Positions 10,638 to 21,290 of a stretch of 64,000 nt of DNA are shown here, in pieces; the stretch's first letter is position 1, and each line of letters opens with the position of its first letter. The stretch lies in contig NW_024055654.1 in the NCBI RefSeq assembly GCF_902713615.1, forward strand, positions 4,021,185-4,085,184, read 5' to 3'. The translations under genes were made by a program, and so were the position numbers. The notes under the pieces were generated by a model. It had not been told where the DNA came from. It did no database searches and saw only the letters and a program-made list of their open reading frames with translations. This DNA is from Scyliorhinus canicula (Eukaryota).

Positions 10638-10932
10638 GCGGCAGACTGTTAACTGTAAAACACAGATTTAATTTCAGTGCGCTCTCAAAAAACTATGTTT
10701 CTTCCAAGAGCGAATGTGTGAGTTATTTCAGCTTGTCCTGATCACTACATTAATAAAGAGGATCGGAACACTTTTAGACGCTCTGGGCAGGTTTAGCCTG
10801 TTGGTCAACAGAGATAAAGTGGAACATTTTTATACCTTTTTCCAAAATAACATTTTGTTTTATTTAAACCTCATTAACATTGACGATCCTGCTGGGGTTC
10901 TGATCACCAATTTGAACAAGCTCTTTCTCTGA

Positions 10933-11013
10933 GGTTTTTGTATGAGGATGTCTCTGTGCACAGCACTGTGACCCACTGCTGTAGTCACAGTGACAGACAC
11001 CCGCACACAAACT
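10933..11013 (-). other. IGHD: IgH D1 segment (ACTACAGCAGTGGGT, 10971-10985) with 5' 12-RSS and 3' 22-RSS
   Basis: On +: GGTTTTTGT (10933-41), 22 nt, CACTGTG (10964-70), 15-nt D, CACAGTG (10986-92), 12 nt, ACACAAACT (11005-13). This matches the shark 12-D1-22/23 configuration; D1 is open in all three frames. Confidence 0.95.
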
Positions 11014-11382
11014 GCACTCACTCTCTGTTCAGTTCTGCCGCTCAATATTCACTTCAAATAGACGATTACCCCTAATCTAATTTACAATTTAGGCAACAGT
11101 TTATCAAACTCAATGTACATGGATTTTCCCAAGTATCACAATAATAAAGCGAGGATTATATCCACGTCTGTAATAGCTGAAAGTGTTAACAGTAAATGTA
11201 AACAGGCAAAGGCTCATCCTATTAGATCGATTGGTTTGTTCGGTTTTACTGTTTAATTTTATCTGTGTGAGTTATGTAAGAAGCAGCTTGTGTTTAGATT
11301 CTGATCACTGGCATCAATATTACATTTGGATCAAGTGCTGACCTTCAGGTTAAGCTGCAAGTTGCTGAATTCCCTCTCGAGC

Positions 11383-11421
11383 TGTTCTTGTGCGGGTCCA
11401 GCCCTGGTTCCTCTCGCTGTG
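11383..11421 (-). promoter_or_regulatory. 23-bp-spacer RSS 3' of VH
   Basis: Minus strand CACAGCG (11421-11415), 23-nt spacer, ACAAGAACA (11391-11383). Confidence 0.92.
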
Positions 11422-11726
11422 GTTTCTTGCACAGTAATAGATGGCGGTGTCTTCGGTCTTCAGGTTCGTCATGGCCAAAGAGAAGCTGTTGGTTGAAGTG
11501 TCTTTGGACGCAGTGAATCGATCTTTAATTGCTGCGGCGTAGTTGTTGTTGGATGAACTATAGTAATATACCAACCACTCCAGCCCCTGCCCGGGAACTT
11601 GCCGGATCCAGAACATATTGTAGCTGCTAAGATCGAAGCCGCTGGTTTTACAGGTCAGTGTCAGGGAGCCTCCGGGACGCCCGGTCTCTGCCTCCGGCTG
11701 AGTCAACACAACATCCGACTGGACAC
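11422..11726 (-). CDS. IGHV: IgM-type VH exon (leader part 2 plus V domain), intact
   Basis: Acceptor TTTTTACAG| then (R)[100 protein letters not shown]. Conserved Cys, Trp and YYC are present; the FR1/FR2 signature is of shark IgM VH type. Confidence 0.97.
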
Positions 11727-11854
11727 CTGTAAAAATATATCAAAAAGCCCGAGGATTAATGCTGGTGAAATGATTGGTGACTCTGGAACATTCCAGAGAG
11801 AGACTAACACTGAGACAGTAACAGTGAGAGACTTGGACAATAAAAACTACTCAC

Positions 11855-11912
11855 GGGATAAGTAAGTCAGCAACAAACTGAGAGAAATGGCCCACCTCAT
11901 CCTTCTGGTCAT
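11855..11912 (-). CDS. IGHV: VH leader exon (MTRR-MRWAISLSLLLTYLS; ATG at 11912 or 11900)
   Basis: Hydrophobic signal ending TTA TCC C|GTGAGT; a 128-bp phase-1 intron (11727-11854) joins it in frame to the V exon, giving ...YLSRVQS. Confidence 0.93.
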
Positions 11913-11990
11913 TTGGGGAAATGGTTGTGTCAGGAACTCAGTGAACAAACCAGCTCCCGGACTGTTGGATTCGGGTCCCAGTGATCGGCA

Positions 11991-12223
11991 TTTAAATACC
12001 CGGCAGAAGGGGGCGGCTTTCCAGGCGCCGCCTGTTGATTCCCTGGTGGAGGCGGCGCCTGGATCCACGTCCCGCCTTCCACACCCCCAACAGAATGGAC
12101 ACAGAGATTTACTATAGAATATTATTAAAAGTGGATATTTATGTGTATCTGGATAGTGGTTTGTCTGACTAGATTCTTAGTGATGTCCTAATTGGTTCGA
12201 TTGGCGAAATTACATTTGCGCAT
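11991..12223 (-). promoter_or_regulatory. Putative VH promoter
   Basis: TATTTAAA at 11998-11991 (~80 nt upstream of ATG), two sense CCAAT boxes (12195-12191 and 12204-12200) and AGTGATGTCC at 12179-12188 resembling the TCR-Vbeta/CRE decamer. No canonical ATGCAAAT octamer nearby. Function is inferred. Confidence 0.55.
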
Positions 12224-14835
12224 CTGTTAATAAAAAACGATTCCATTGTAAATCCAGTCCCTTTATTTCGACAGACAGCAGAAGGGAATAAGCATAAACA
12301 GATTGAATTCTATTGTCAGGGAATAAGTCGTCTATCAGTCTGATTTGCAACACTCCAAGTCGCTATCCGATTTGCAAAAAAATATAATTTATCTGGGGAA
12401 TTGTCAGCGATTAATTTAACTAAATGCGGGAATGATGATCACGATTCCATTCCCAGTGTGGAACAATGTGGGTTTGGAGACAAGAAGAAACTCTCACATT
12501 ACACAATGTCTCTCTTCACATTTCTGGAACTGTCCCTGAGCCTCAGACAGCCCTGTGAACATTAGCGGTAAAAGAAGCCGCTTGCCTGATAATTCAGCAG
12601 TCAGTTGACAGAGAAACATAAAATTCAGACCAGCTTTTGACGGAGAAGTTAATGAATCAGAACGGACGCGGCGATCAGCAAAGTTATCCTTCAGCATCCA
12701 AATCATTGCCGCTAATTTTATTGGTCACCGGTAGTCTCACATTCACTGGTATTGGGAACACAGGATATCAGGACTTTGCTGCATATTACACAATATCACA
12801 AGAATAAATGTTTTATCTTCCACGGAAGCAGGTTATGAACTGGTAATTTCTCCACTCATTGGCAGCAATGAGGGAGATTGTTAAATAATAGAAATCAGCA
12901 CAACTTAAACTGTACAGAACACGGTGTTAATCGGGTATAAGAGACGCCTCCGTTTGAATGAAATTAACAACTCGGAGAATAATCCAGGAATTCCGGCGGG
13001 TTGAAGGCAGTTTTAAGACTTTCTTTTAATTTAACTTATTTTTTTTTGCAATTCTACTGATTTTATTGGGCTTGGGGATTGGATCCATCAACACCACTCA
13101 CTCTCTCTTGATTAGGTTAAAAAAAACGGACTTTAACAACTAGTGACCTTTACTCGGAACGAAGATAAATTAAATAACCTCAGAGTGAACAGAGAATTCA
13201 GTGAATATATTTATTTAGATGAAATACCATCTAAAACTTTTACTTCATGTGCGACTGAAATATTTACTGTTTGAATGGATACATCCCATTTAATCCATTC
13301 ATATTCAGGCTAATCTGCCTCACACAGTATTTGGCAGCAATCCAGCCGCCTGCAGTCAGGGAGGCTCGAATGTTCAATGTTGTTTACAGGAAGCATCTGG
13401 ATTTTATTTTCAAAGATCTGTTTGCTCAGTACTGACCGCTTGGCTGCAAGCCAACTTCAAACTCGTAACATTGTCAATGAGGACTATTTATAAACAAATC
13501 TACCCAGCAACAGTACTGGAGATCATTTTACGTTTTAAATTGTGAACCTATTTGAATTGTTCCCATGTCTAAGGAGAGTTATCCAGCTTCTCTTGCCACT
13601 CTTAGCAACATAGCCGGCTGAAGGATCTCTCCCACATCACATAACATTGTGATGATGGATAGAAATACAATTGGACTATCAGACAGGGGCCCATTTGTAA
13701 CAAATCAACATGTATATTCTTGTCTTTTTTCCTATATGTTTCCATGGAACGCGGGACTCACTGGCAAGATCGCCACGTGTTCCCTGTCCCTAATTGCTGT
13801 TGAACTGAGTGGTTTGCTGGGCCAGCTCAGAAGGAACTGAAGAGTCAGACATGTTGCTGTACGACTGAAGTCACATGTATGTGAGACCAGGGAAGGTTGT
13901 CAGATTTCCTTCATTGGTGAAGCAGAGAGGATTTCATGGTCACAGTTAGTCTGTATTCCAGATTTATTAATTTAACTCAAATTCCCCCACCGGCCATGGT
14001 GGGATTTGTTCCCGAGTTCCCACAGAATTAGCCCGGGCCTTTGGATTATTGGTTCAATGGCATTAATACTCCCCCGCCCGCCCACCCAAAAGATAAAGGG
14101 ATTCCTGCTTTGATATCGGGATGGATGTTGGTTGGATGCCTGAATATTTTGATTGAGGAATCAGTGAATGGTGTTGATGGATGGATAGATGGTCTGAAAG
14201 ATGTTGTTCTACATTCTCAGTATTGCGCTTGATAACTTCACAAATTAAAGCAGGTCCTCTATAGTTTGCGTCAGAATGGCACAATCGGTGGCTGAAGATT
14301 TTCTGGGTGAATTCCATCCCCAGACGATCGGGAACTGACGAGCTGGACGTCACTAAGAGGAAACTGGAGATATTCCTGCGGTTCTGGCGATTCTTCTCTG
14401 CTGATCGTGAATCTTTATCTCAAAGACAGAAAGCGGGAACATGATTACGTTGAGGAGGGACAGTTGTAATATTTGGAGCATGAGGTCATTGCATGTACAA
14501 TACGTCAATCCAGATGTCCTCACCCAAATTAATGAAGACACCAGACTAAAAACATATTAAAGTGAAAATAGAAATACGGTGAAACTCAGTGGACAGCTGC
14601 AGACATTGAATTACTTTACAAAACAGTGTAATAATAAATCGGGATTTAAAGGTGCATTAACGTCATTAATACAGACATTAGATACAGACATTTTCATTTC
14701 CACCATCACTTTAAAAATCATCTCACTCTCCAGTCTGGAGATTCTGAGGTGATTACTGACCACTGCAGCGCAGAGGCTGCTGGGTAGCTGCACATAATCC
14801 TTGGTCTGGTTTTATTCCATTTCACTTTGAATTCT

Positions 14836-15060
14836 TTTCTTTTATAAATTTAGATTACCCAATTATTTTTTCCAATTAAGGGGCAATTTAGCATGGCCAA
14901 TCCACCTACTCTGCACATTTTTGGGTTGTGGGGGCGAAATCCACGCAGACACGGTGAGAATGTGAAAACTACACACGGACAGTGACCCAGAGCCGGGATC
15001 GAACCTGAGACCTCAGCGCCGTGAGGCGGTTGTGCTAACCACTAGGCCACCGTGCTGGCC
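14836..15060 (-). mobile_element. Short poly(A)-tailed V-SINE
   Basis: tRNA head plus V-domain, tail AATTGGGTAATCTAAATTTATAAAA; near-perfect 16-bp TSD TTTCAC(T/A)TTGAATTCT at 14820-14835 and 15061-15076. Confidence 0.9.
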
Positions 15061-15489
15061 TTTCACATTGAATTCTGATGCATATGTGACTTCTTGGTGA
15101 CAGAATGGTCAATGCTATCTCAATTAAGTTTACTCTGAATAAATTATGTTAAACATACGAATATAGGAAAGAGGAGCGGAAGAAGGCAATTCAGATCTTC
15201 GAGCCTGCTCCGTCATTCGATCATCATGGCTGATCTCTTCCTGGTCTCAAATCCACCTCTCTTAAATGAATTGCATTTACATTTTGTAAAAGAAAATGCG
15301 GATCATAATTGGTGAATATAACTTTTTATGTAGTGAGTTGATGATAATTGATTAATATCATTATTTAACTTTGTGAATTGTGACAATTGGTAATATTCGC
15401 CACGGAATTGCTGAACAATGACCATCTCCAGGAAAGTAGAATCTAACCATCGCTCCTTGACATTCAGTGATATTGCCATCGCTGAATCC

Positions 15490-16190
15490 CCCACGATCAA
15501 TACACTGGGGTTACCACTGACCAGAAACTGTACTAGACTAACCATATAAATGCTGAGGCTTCAAGATACGGTCAGCGTCTAGGAAGCCTGCGGCGAGCAA
15601 CTCACCTCCTGACTCCCAAAGCCTGTTCACCATCTGCAAGGCACAAGTCAGGACTGTAATTGAATACTCTCCAGTGGCCTGGCTGGGTGCAGCTCCAACA
15701 AAATTCAAAAAGCTCGACACCATCCAGGCCAAAGCAGCCCCGCTTGACTGCCACCCTCTTGCCACTCATTCCATCCACCACCGACGAACAATGACAATAA
15801 TGTACCACCCACAAGATGCACTGCAGGAACGCAGCAAATCTTCTTTGGAACACGTTCTAAACCCAGGACCATTACCTCCCAGAAGGAAAATATAGCTGAC
15901 AAATGGGAAGATCACCACTTGGAAATTCCCCTCCAAATCTTCTAGTCCCTTCCCTGCTGACGATGTCGAATGTTTATTGAGATTGATGAAAGTATGGTGA
16001 AGAGGTCTACCTCCAAATCACTCACTATCCTGACTTGGAAATATATCACCGAATCTTCGCTGTCGCTGGTTCAAAAACCTACAGCTGCCTTCCTAACAGC
16101 ATCATCGGTGTACCTACACCAGAGTGACTGTAGAGACTCAAACAGGCAGCTCACCTCCTCTTTGTGAAAGGCAATTAGCGATGGACAATA
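15490..16190 (+). mobile_element. Old non-LTR retrotransposon RT C-terminal remnant
   Basis: Translates to CKAQVRTVIEYSPVAWLGAAPTKFKKLDTIQAKAA; related copies at ~18880-19110, 45370-45960 and 59930-60800. Confidence 0.75.
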
Positions 16191-16369
16191 AGTCATTGCT
16201 TAGCCTTCGACGGCCCCACCGTATAACTTAATTTAAAACTGTACTTTGTGGAACGATGGCAATTTGTGAATCTAACTACTTATATTCATAAATAAATGAA
16301 AATTGGTGAACATAATTGCTATGCTTCTGAACATTTATGACCTTCGCCTTCTCTGCTGGAAGATATAAG

Positions 16370-17260
16370 ACATCCCAGAGGAGATTCATGATGCAAAATC
16401 ATAACCAATACCGGAAAACAAAGTGGACAGAGGAGACTGCAGCAACTATCGACATATATCATTCACAGCAGCACTGGGAAGGCTTCTCCACTGGTCACAC
16501 TTTAAACACTTCATTTGCTTGCAGGCTGAATGTTGCTGAGAGCAATGTGTTTGCGTCGCTAGATTTACTCTGGACATGATCTGCTCCCTCTGCCACATGT
16601 CTACCTCTTCACCTTACTTTCGTCAATCTCAATAAACATTAGACACTGTCAGCGGAGTAGGGAATATAAGATTTGGGAAAGTTGGCTGTGTCCTAAAGCT
16701 CCCCTGTCTCAATCACTTCTTCCATGGCAAAATGCACTGCATTGTACAGTTTGATGATTCCACTTAATCCAGATTCTAAGTGAATAATTGAGTGAAAGAG
16801 GACCATGTCCCACACCCAATTCTATTCTGCAGCTTCCTCTCCAAGCTGCTGATCTTCGCTTTCCCTGAATATATGGATGATTCCCCTTGCACACCAGGCC
16901 AGGCTGCAACCTCTACAACCTTTCAGTCATGAAAACGGAGATATAATCACAATATATCCTTATCAAATAATTTCTCTACGCTGAAAATTCGGTCATCCAA
17001 AAAAAACATCATCTACAGAGACTCATGGACTCTCTCCCCAGTGCCTGTAACTTGCTTCCTTCCTATTTACTGGCCGGACAAAATCAGTTCTCTCAAAGAC
17101 AGAGCATTCAAGTCTCTCCAAGATAATTAAAAAGAGGAGGCTTGCACATTTCCAGTGTGGTCCCTAAATCGGCCATGGTCACACGACCAAGGAATTTCCA
17201 CTTTGCGAAGTAGCCGGAGCCACGCACCCAGTGGGAAGGCCGATATTCCGCTTCAAGGAT
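16370..17260 (+). mobile_element. Decayed RTE-clade LINE remnant
   Basis: Degraded PEEIHDAKII and SNYRHISF...ALGR motifs resemble RTE/BovB RT domain 0-1; heavily disrupted. Confidence 0.5.
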
Positions 17261-18769
17261 TCTTCCAAGTGTGACATAATGTCCTTAAACCTAAACATTG
17301 AACATCGCAACTGGGTGTCACCAGCTGCAAACTGAAAAACCAACTTAAGCTTAAGGTGGGCTGGAGTGAACCACCAGGACCAGCGGATTTAGCAAGTTTG
17401 AAATAGACACAAACCAAGAAAATGACAACCCAGAACGACAATTGGGAGCTTCATGTTCTACATTTGTGGAAATATTTGCGGTGTATCTATTGGAAATAGA
17501 AGGATGTCGTGGCCTTTGTGAAATTTAGTTGTACGCAACATATGGTTCACACAAACACAGACACACACACACACACACAGTCTCTCACACACGCATTCTC
17601 TCTGACTTCCACGCACACCCACATTTCCCCATTAAAATTAAAATCCCATATTAACTTCCTGGGAAGCTTCGGAGACATTGATCCCAACCATTTTCCAGGT
17701 GGTATAATGAATCAATAACCTCTCCCCAACACTATGTTTGTTAGATGAATGTTACATTTCCCATGGACTCCATACAGCGCCCAGGTAAACATTCCTCTAT
17801 TTAACAAAGATGAACAAAAATGCATGACCAGGAATTGAGCCGCTTTGCTCTGTTTCTGATCTCAATGTGGGAGAATCAGCCAGCGCCACCTACAATTAGT
17901 TACACCTTATATTTGGCATCTCCCGCAGAAGGCGATGTGGTATTACGTTTGTGGAAAAAGGATTAGTGATACATCATCATCATGGATCATACCTGACAAT
18001 GACATTACACAGTAACTGCAATTGCACAGCTTGGCCAGCAGATGGTATTTACATCGAGATGCCTGACGATACATGAAGCGGACATTAACTCAATAATTAA
18101 TGCAGTGATTCCCGTCTCTGTTAATTTTAAATTGGACTCCATCTGTATTTTTGTTAGACTAGACTCTGTCTTTGTTTATAATACACGACACTCTGTGTCA
18201 ATTAATACTGCACCAGTACATCTCAATGCGTACGCCACATAATTGCTGTGATCCCATTTTCAATGTTTCGGATCTGCCTTTGCAGTTTTGCCACATCCAG
18301 TCCTGAATAGTAATAAACAAATAAACAAAATGCTGGAATAGGAGCCTCAATAAAATTCCCCTCTTCAGTTATGGGGGAGCCCAGCACATCAGTGCAAAAA
18401 ACAGGACTGAAAGTTTCTGTCAGCCTTGCCGAGGATGATCCATCTCGGCCTCCTCCGGTGGTCTGCATCATCATGGATGTCAGTCTTCAGCAAATTTGAT
18501 TCACTCCACACGGTATCAAGAAACGGCTGACGGTGATGCAAATGTTATTATTCCTGGCAGCATTCCAGCAACAAGACTGAAGATTTGTGCTGCAGAACTG
18601 GCTGCGCCCCAGACAAGTTGCTCCCGTGCAGGTACAGCACTGCCATGTACCCAACAATGTGTAACATTGCCAAACATGACCCGTCCACAAAAGGCAGGAA
18701 AAATCCAACCCGGCCAATTATTTCCCTATCAGTCCGCACTCGGTCATCAGCAACTTCATGAAAAGTCAT

Positions 18770-18838
18770 GATGTGGAGATGCCGGCGTTGGACTGGGGTG
18801 AGCACAGTAAGAAGTCTTACAACACCAGGTTAAAGTCA
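18770..18838 (-). mobile_element. Short terminal fragment of the Penelope-like repeat
   Basis: GATGTGGAGATGCCGGCGTTGGACTGGGGTGAGCACAGTAAGAAGTCTTACAACACCAGGTTAAAGTC matches 43000-43070; flanked by a CATGAAAAGT duplication. Confidence 0.7.
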
Positions 18839-19195
18839 TGAAAAGTGTCAAGGTTCATCCTGTCACGTATAGTGTCCTAGCATAGTGCCCCCAGCCCTAG
18901 CTTCACCCTTCATCATAAAGTCAGAACTGGGAATGTTCGCTGATGAGTGCACAATGTTCTGCACCATATTCGACTCCGCAAATACTGAAGCAGTCTGTCT
19001 TCATATGCAACAAGACTTGGAAAACATCGGCCGTGTGTCTATCACATTGCAACAGGCTCTGTCTCAGTTTTCCTGCACTCGGCTGAATATCAGTTGTTAA
19101 TATACAGGCACACACCCTATTTATATTACAAATCATTAATAATGACTGCACTGCCTCATGTCTGGGTGAATCTAGCAAGAAACAGGGGCTGCTTT

Positions 19196-19400
19196 AGCAC
19201 TCTGGGCTAATTTAGCATGGCCAATCCACCTAACCCGCACATCTTTGGACTGTGGGAGGAAACCGGAGCACCCGGAGGAAACCCACGCACATAGGGGGAG
19301 GACGTGCAGACTCCACACAGACAGTGACCCAGCCGGAAATCGAACCTGGGACCCTGGAGCTGTGAAGCATTTATGCTCACCACCATGCTACCCTGCTGCC
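19196..19400 (-). mobile_element. HE1-like V-SINE (partial)
   Basis: Reverse complement has the GGGCAGCAGGGTAGCATGGT head and V-domain; near identical to 37880-38073. Confidence 0.85.
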
Positions 19401-19491
19401 CTCAGTTTATGTCTCAATTTGTATTAGTCGACACCCCGCTTGACCAGAACTCAGTTTAGAGTGAACTAGACCCAATCTCTGCTTATGTTCC

Positions 19492-19765
19492 CGGCGGCAC
19501 GGTGATACCGTGGTTAGCACTGCTGCCACATAGCTCCAGGCTTCAATTCTTGACTATGGTGTGGAGTTTGCACTTTCCCCCTGTGTCTGAGTGGCTTTCC
19601 TCCGGGTGCTCCGGTTTCCTCCCACAGTCCAAAGATGTGTCGGTTAAGTTTATTGGCCATTCTAAATTGCCCATTAGTGTCCAGGGATGCGCTGGGCAGG
19701 GGATTGGGGAGGGTGATCTTTCATAGGTCGGGGCAGATGCTATGTGTTGAGTGGCGTTCTGCCCT
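19492..19765 (+). mobile_element. Older V-SINE copy
   Basis: GGCGGCACGGTG...GTGGTTAGCACTGCT head and V-domain TTTCCTCCGGGTGCTCCGGTTTCCTCCCACAGTCCAAAGATGTG. Confidence 0.75.
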
Positions 19766-21120
19766 ATAGGGATTCTATATTTGATCCTGAATCTGTCTAT
19801 TTTTTCCGAGAAATGCTCCCCTTCATTAATGCACCAGATGATGCCTCTGCTTTTAACTGTGGGCGCGTTATTCCACATGTCTTTGAGATGGAAATATAAC
19901 ATAATAAATACGTATTTTGGACAAAAATCAGTGTCTAGCAACAGCCTGAAACGGGATGTATAGAGTATACAGTGTATGCTATGCAACATTTGATATTCAT
20001 TTTAAGTCAGTCAGCAGAATTAGATTTCAATTGGCATTTATTCTTTGCCAGTACCCAAGACCAATTCCTACCCCAGAGAGCTGTATGTGTAGGAGGATGC
20101 AGAGTATTGTGTTCCCATGTGCTTGTTGCCCGTGTAATTCTCGGAGGTCTCTAGTATGGAAGGTGCTGTTGAAGAATTCTTGGCGAGTTGCTGCAGTGCA
20201 TCCCGTCGATGTTACACAATGCAGCTGCCGTGTGCCTGTTGTGAAGCGAATGAATGTTGCTCATTAGGTACTCAGTTACTTATCTAATGGTCCTTTGTTT
20301 ATGTTGCACAATTACAACTAGTCAATTCCTTTAATTTATTGCACTAGGCCCAGGCACTAGAAGTTCAGTTGTACAATTTGAAGTGGCTGCAAGAAGATCA
20401 GGGAGATCTGCGGTTGTCTGTACACACATCTAGGGCACTGCCAAGACAGATTATGACGTTTATCTGGACATAGATTAGCATTGCTCGCTAAAGAATTTTA
20501 CATTATTACTGTTCCCTTAGTTTTTTTTATCTTCACAATTTCCACCCCAACCACTTTCCACATTACTGTGCATGCTCTTCCGCAGCAATGATTGAGGCCG
20601 GGTCCAGTATAATATGAACAATGCAGTACTGAGGCTGTATCTAATGTAACACACAGACAGATTTAAATTAATAGAAACAGAGTCAGGTTCTAGGTTAATG
20701 TAAACAGAGACAACCGGATACATAAGTCTATAAGATATAGGAGTAGAATTAGGCCATTCGACCCATCGAGACTACTCCGCCATTAAATCAAGGCCGATAT
20801 GTTCCTAATCCCCATTCTCCTGCCTTCTCCCAATAACCCCTGAACTCCTTATTGATCAAGACAGTCCTCTAATTGGTGGCCTAGTTTAATATGAACAAAC
20901 AGAAAAAGCTCCTTATTGAATATAAACGGACACAGGTACGAGGTGGTATAACACAAACAGAGACGGGTTCACGGCCAGGTACAATACAGAGGCAGGGCCG
21001 ACTGTCCCTTTAAACACTCGCAACACAGTTGGATCACTGGTTGGAGACAAGACTTCGCCAGGACCTCTTCAATCACACTGTCCCCATCAAACAGTCCCAG
21101 AGCAGCTGCAGATTGGAAGA

Positions 21121-21290
21121 GGGGCTGGTTTAGCACTGTGGGGTAAATAGCTGGCTTGCAATACAGAACAATGCCATCAGCGCTGGTTCAATTCCCATAC
21201 CGGGCTCACCAAACAGGCGCCGGAATGTGGCGACTAGGGGCTTCTCACAGTGACTTAATTGAAGCCTACTTGTGACAATAAGCTATTATT
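21121..21290 (+). mobile_element. Short tRNA-derived SINE
   Basis: GGGGCTGGTTTAGCAC...GGTTCAATTCCC...ACAGGCGCCGGAATGTGGCGACTAGGG...CTTGTGACAATAAG. Confidence 0.8.

Noticed and set aside
14200-14560. Minus-strand VPDR..G.EFT.KI stretch reminiscent of a light-chain V framework 3
   Set aside because: No Cys/Trp/YYC framework, RSS or leader, and stops in the neighbouring frames; most likely chance.
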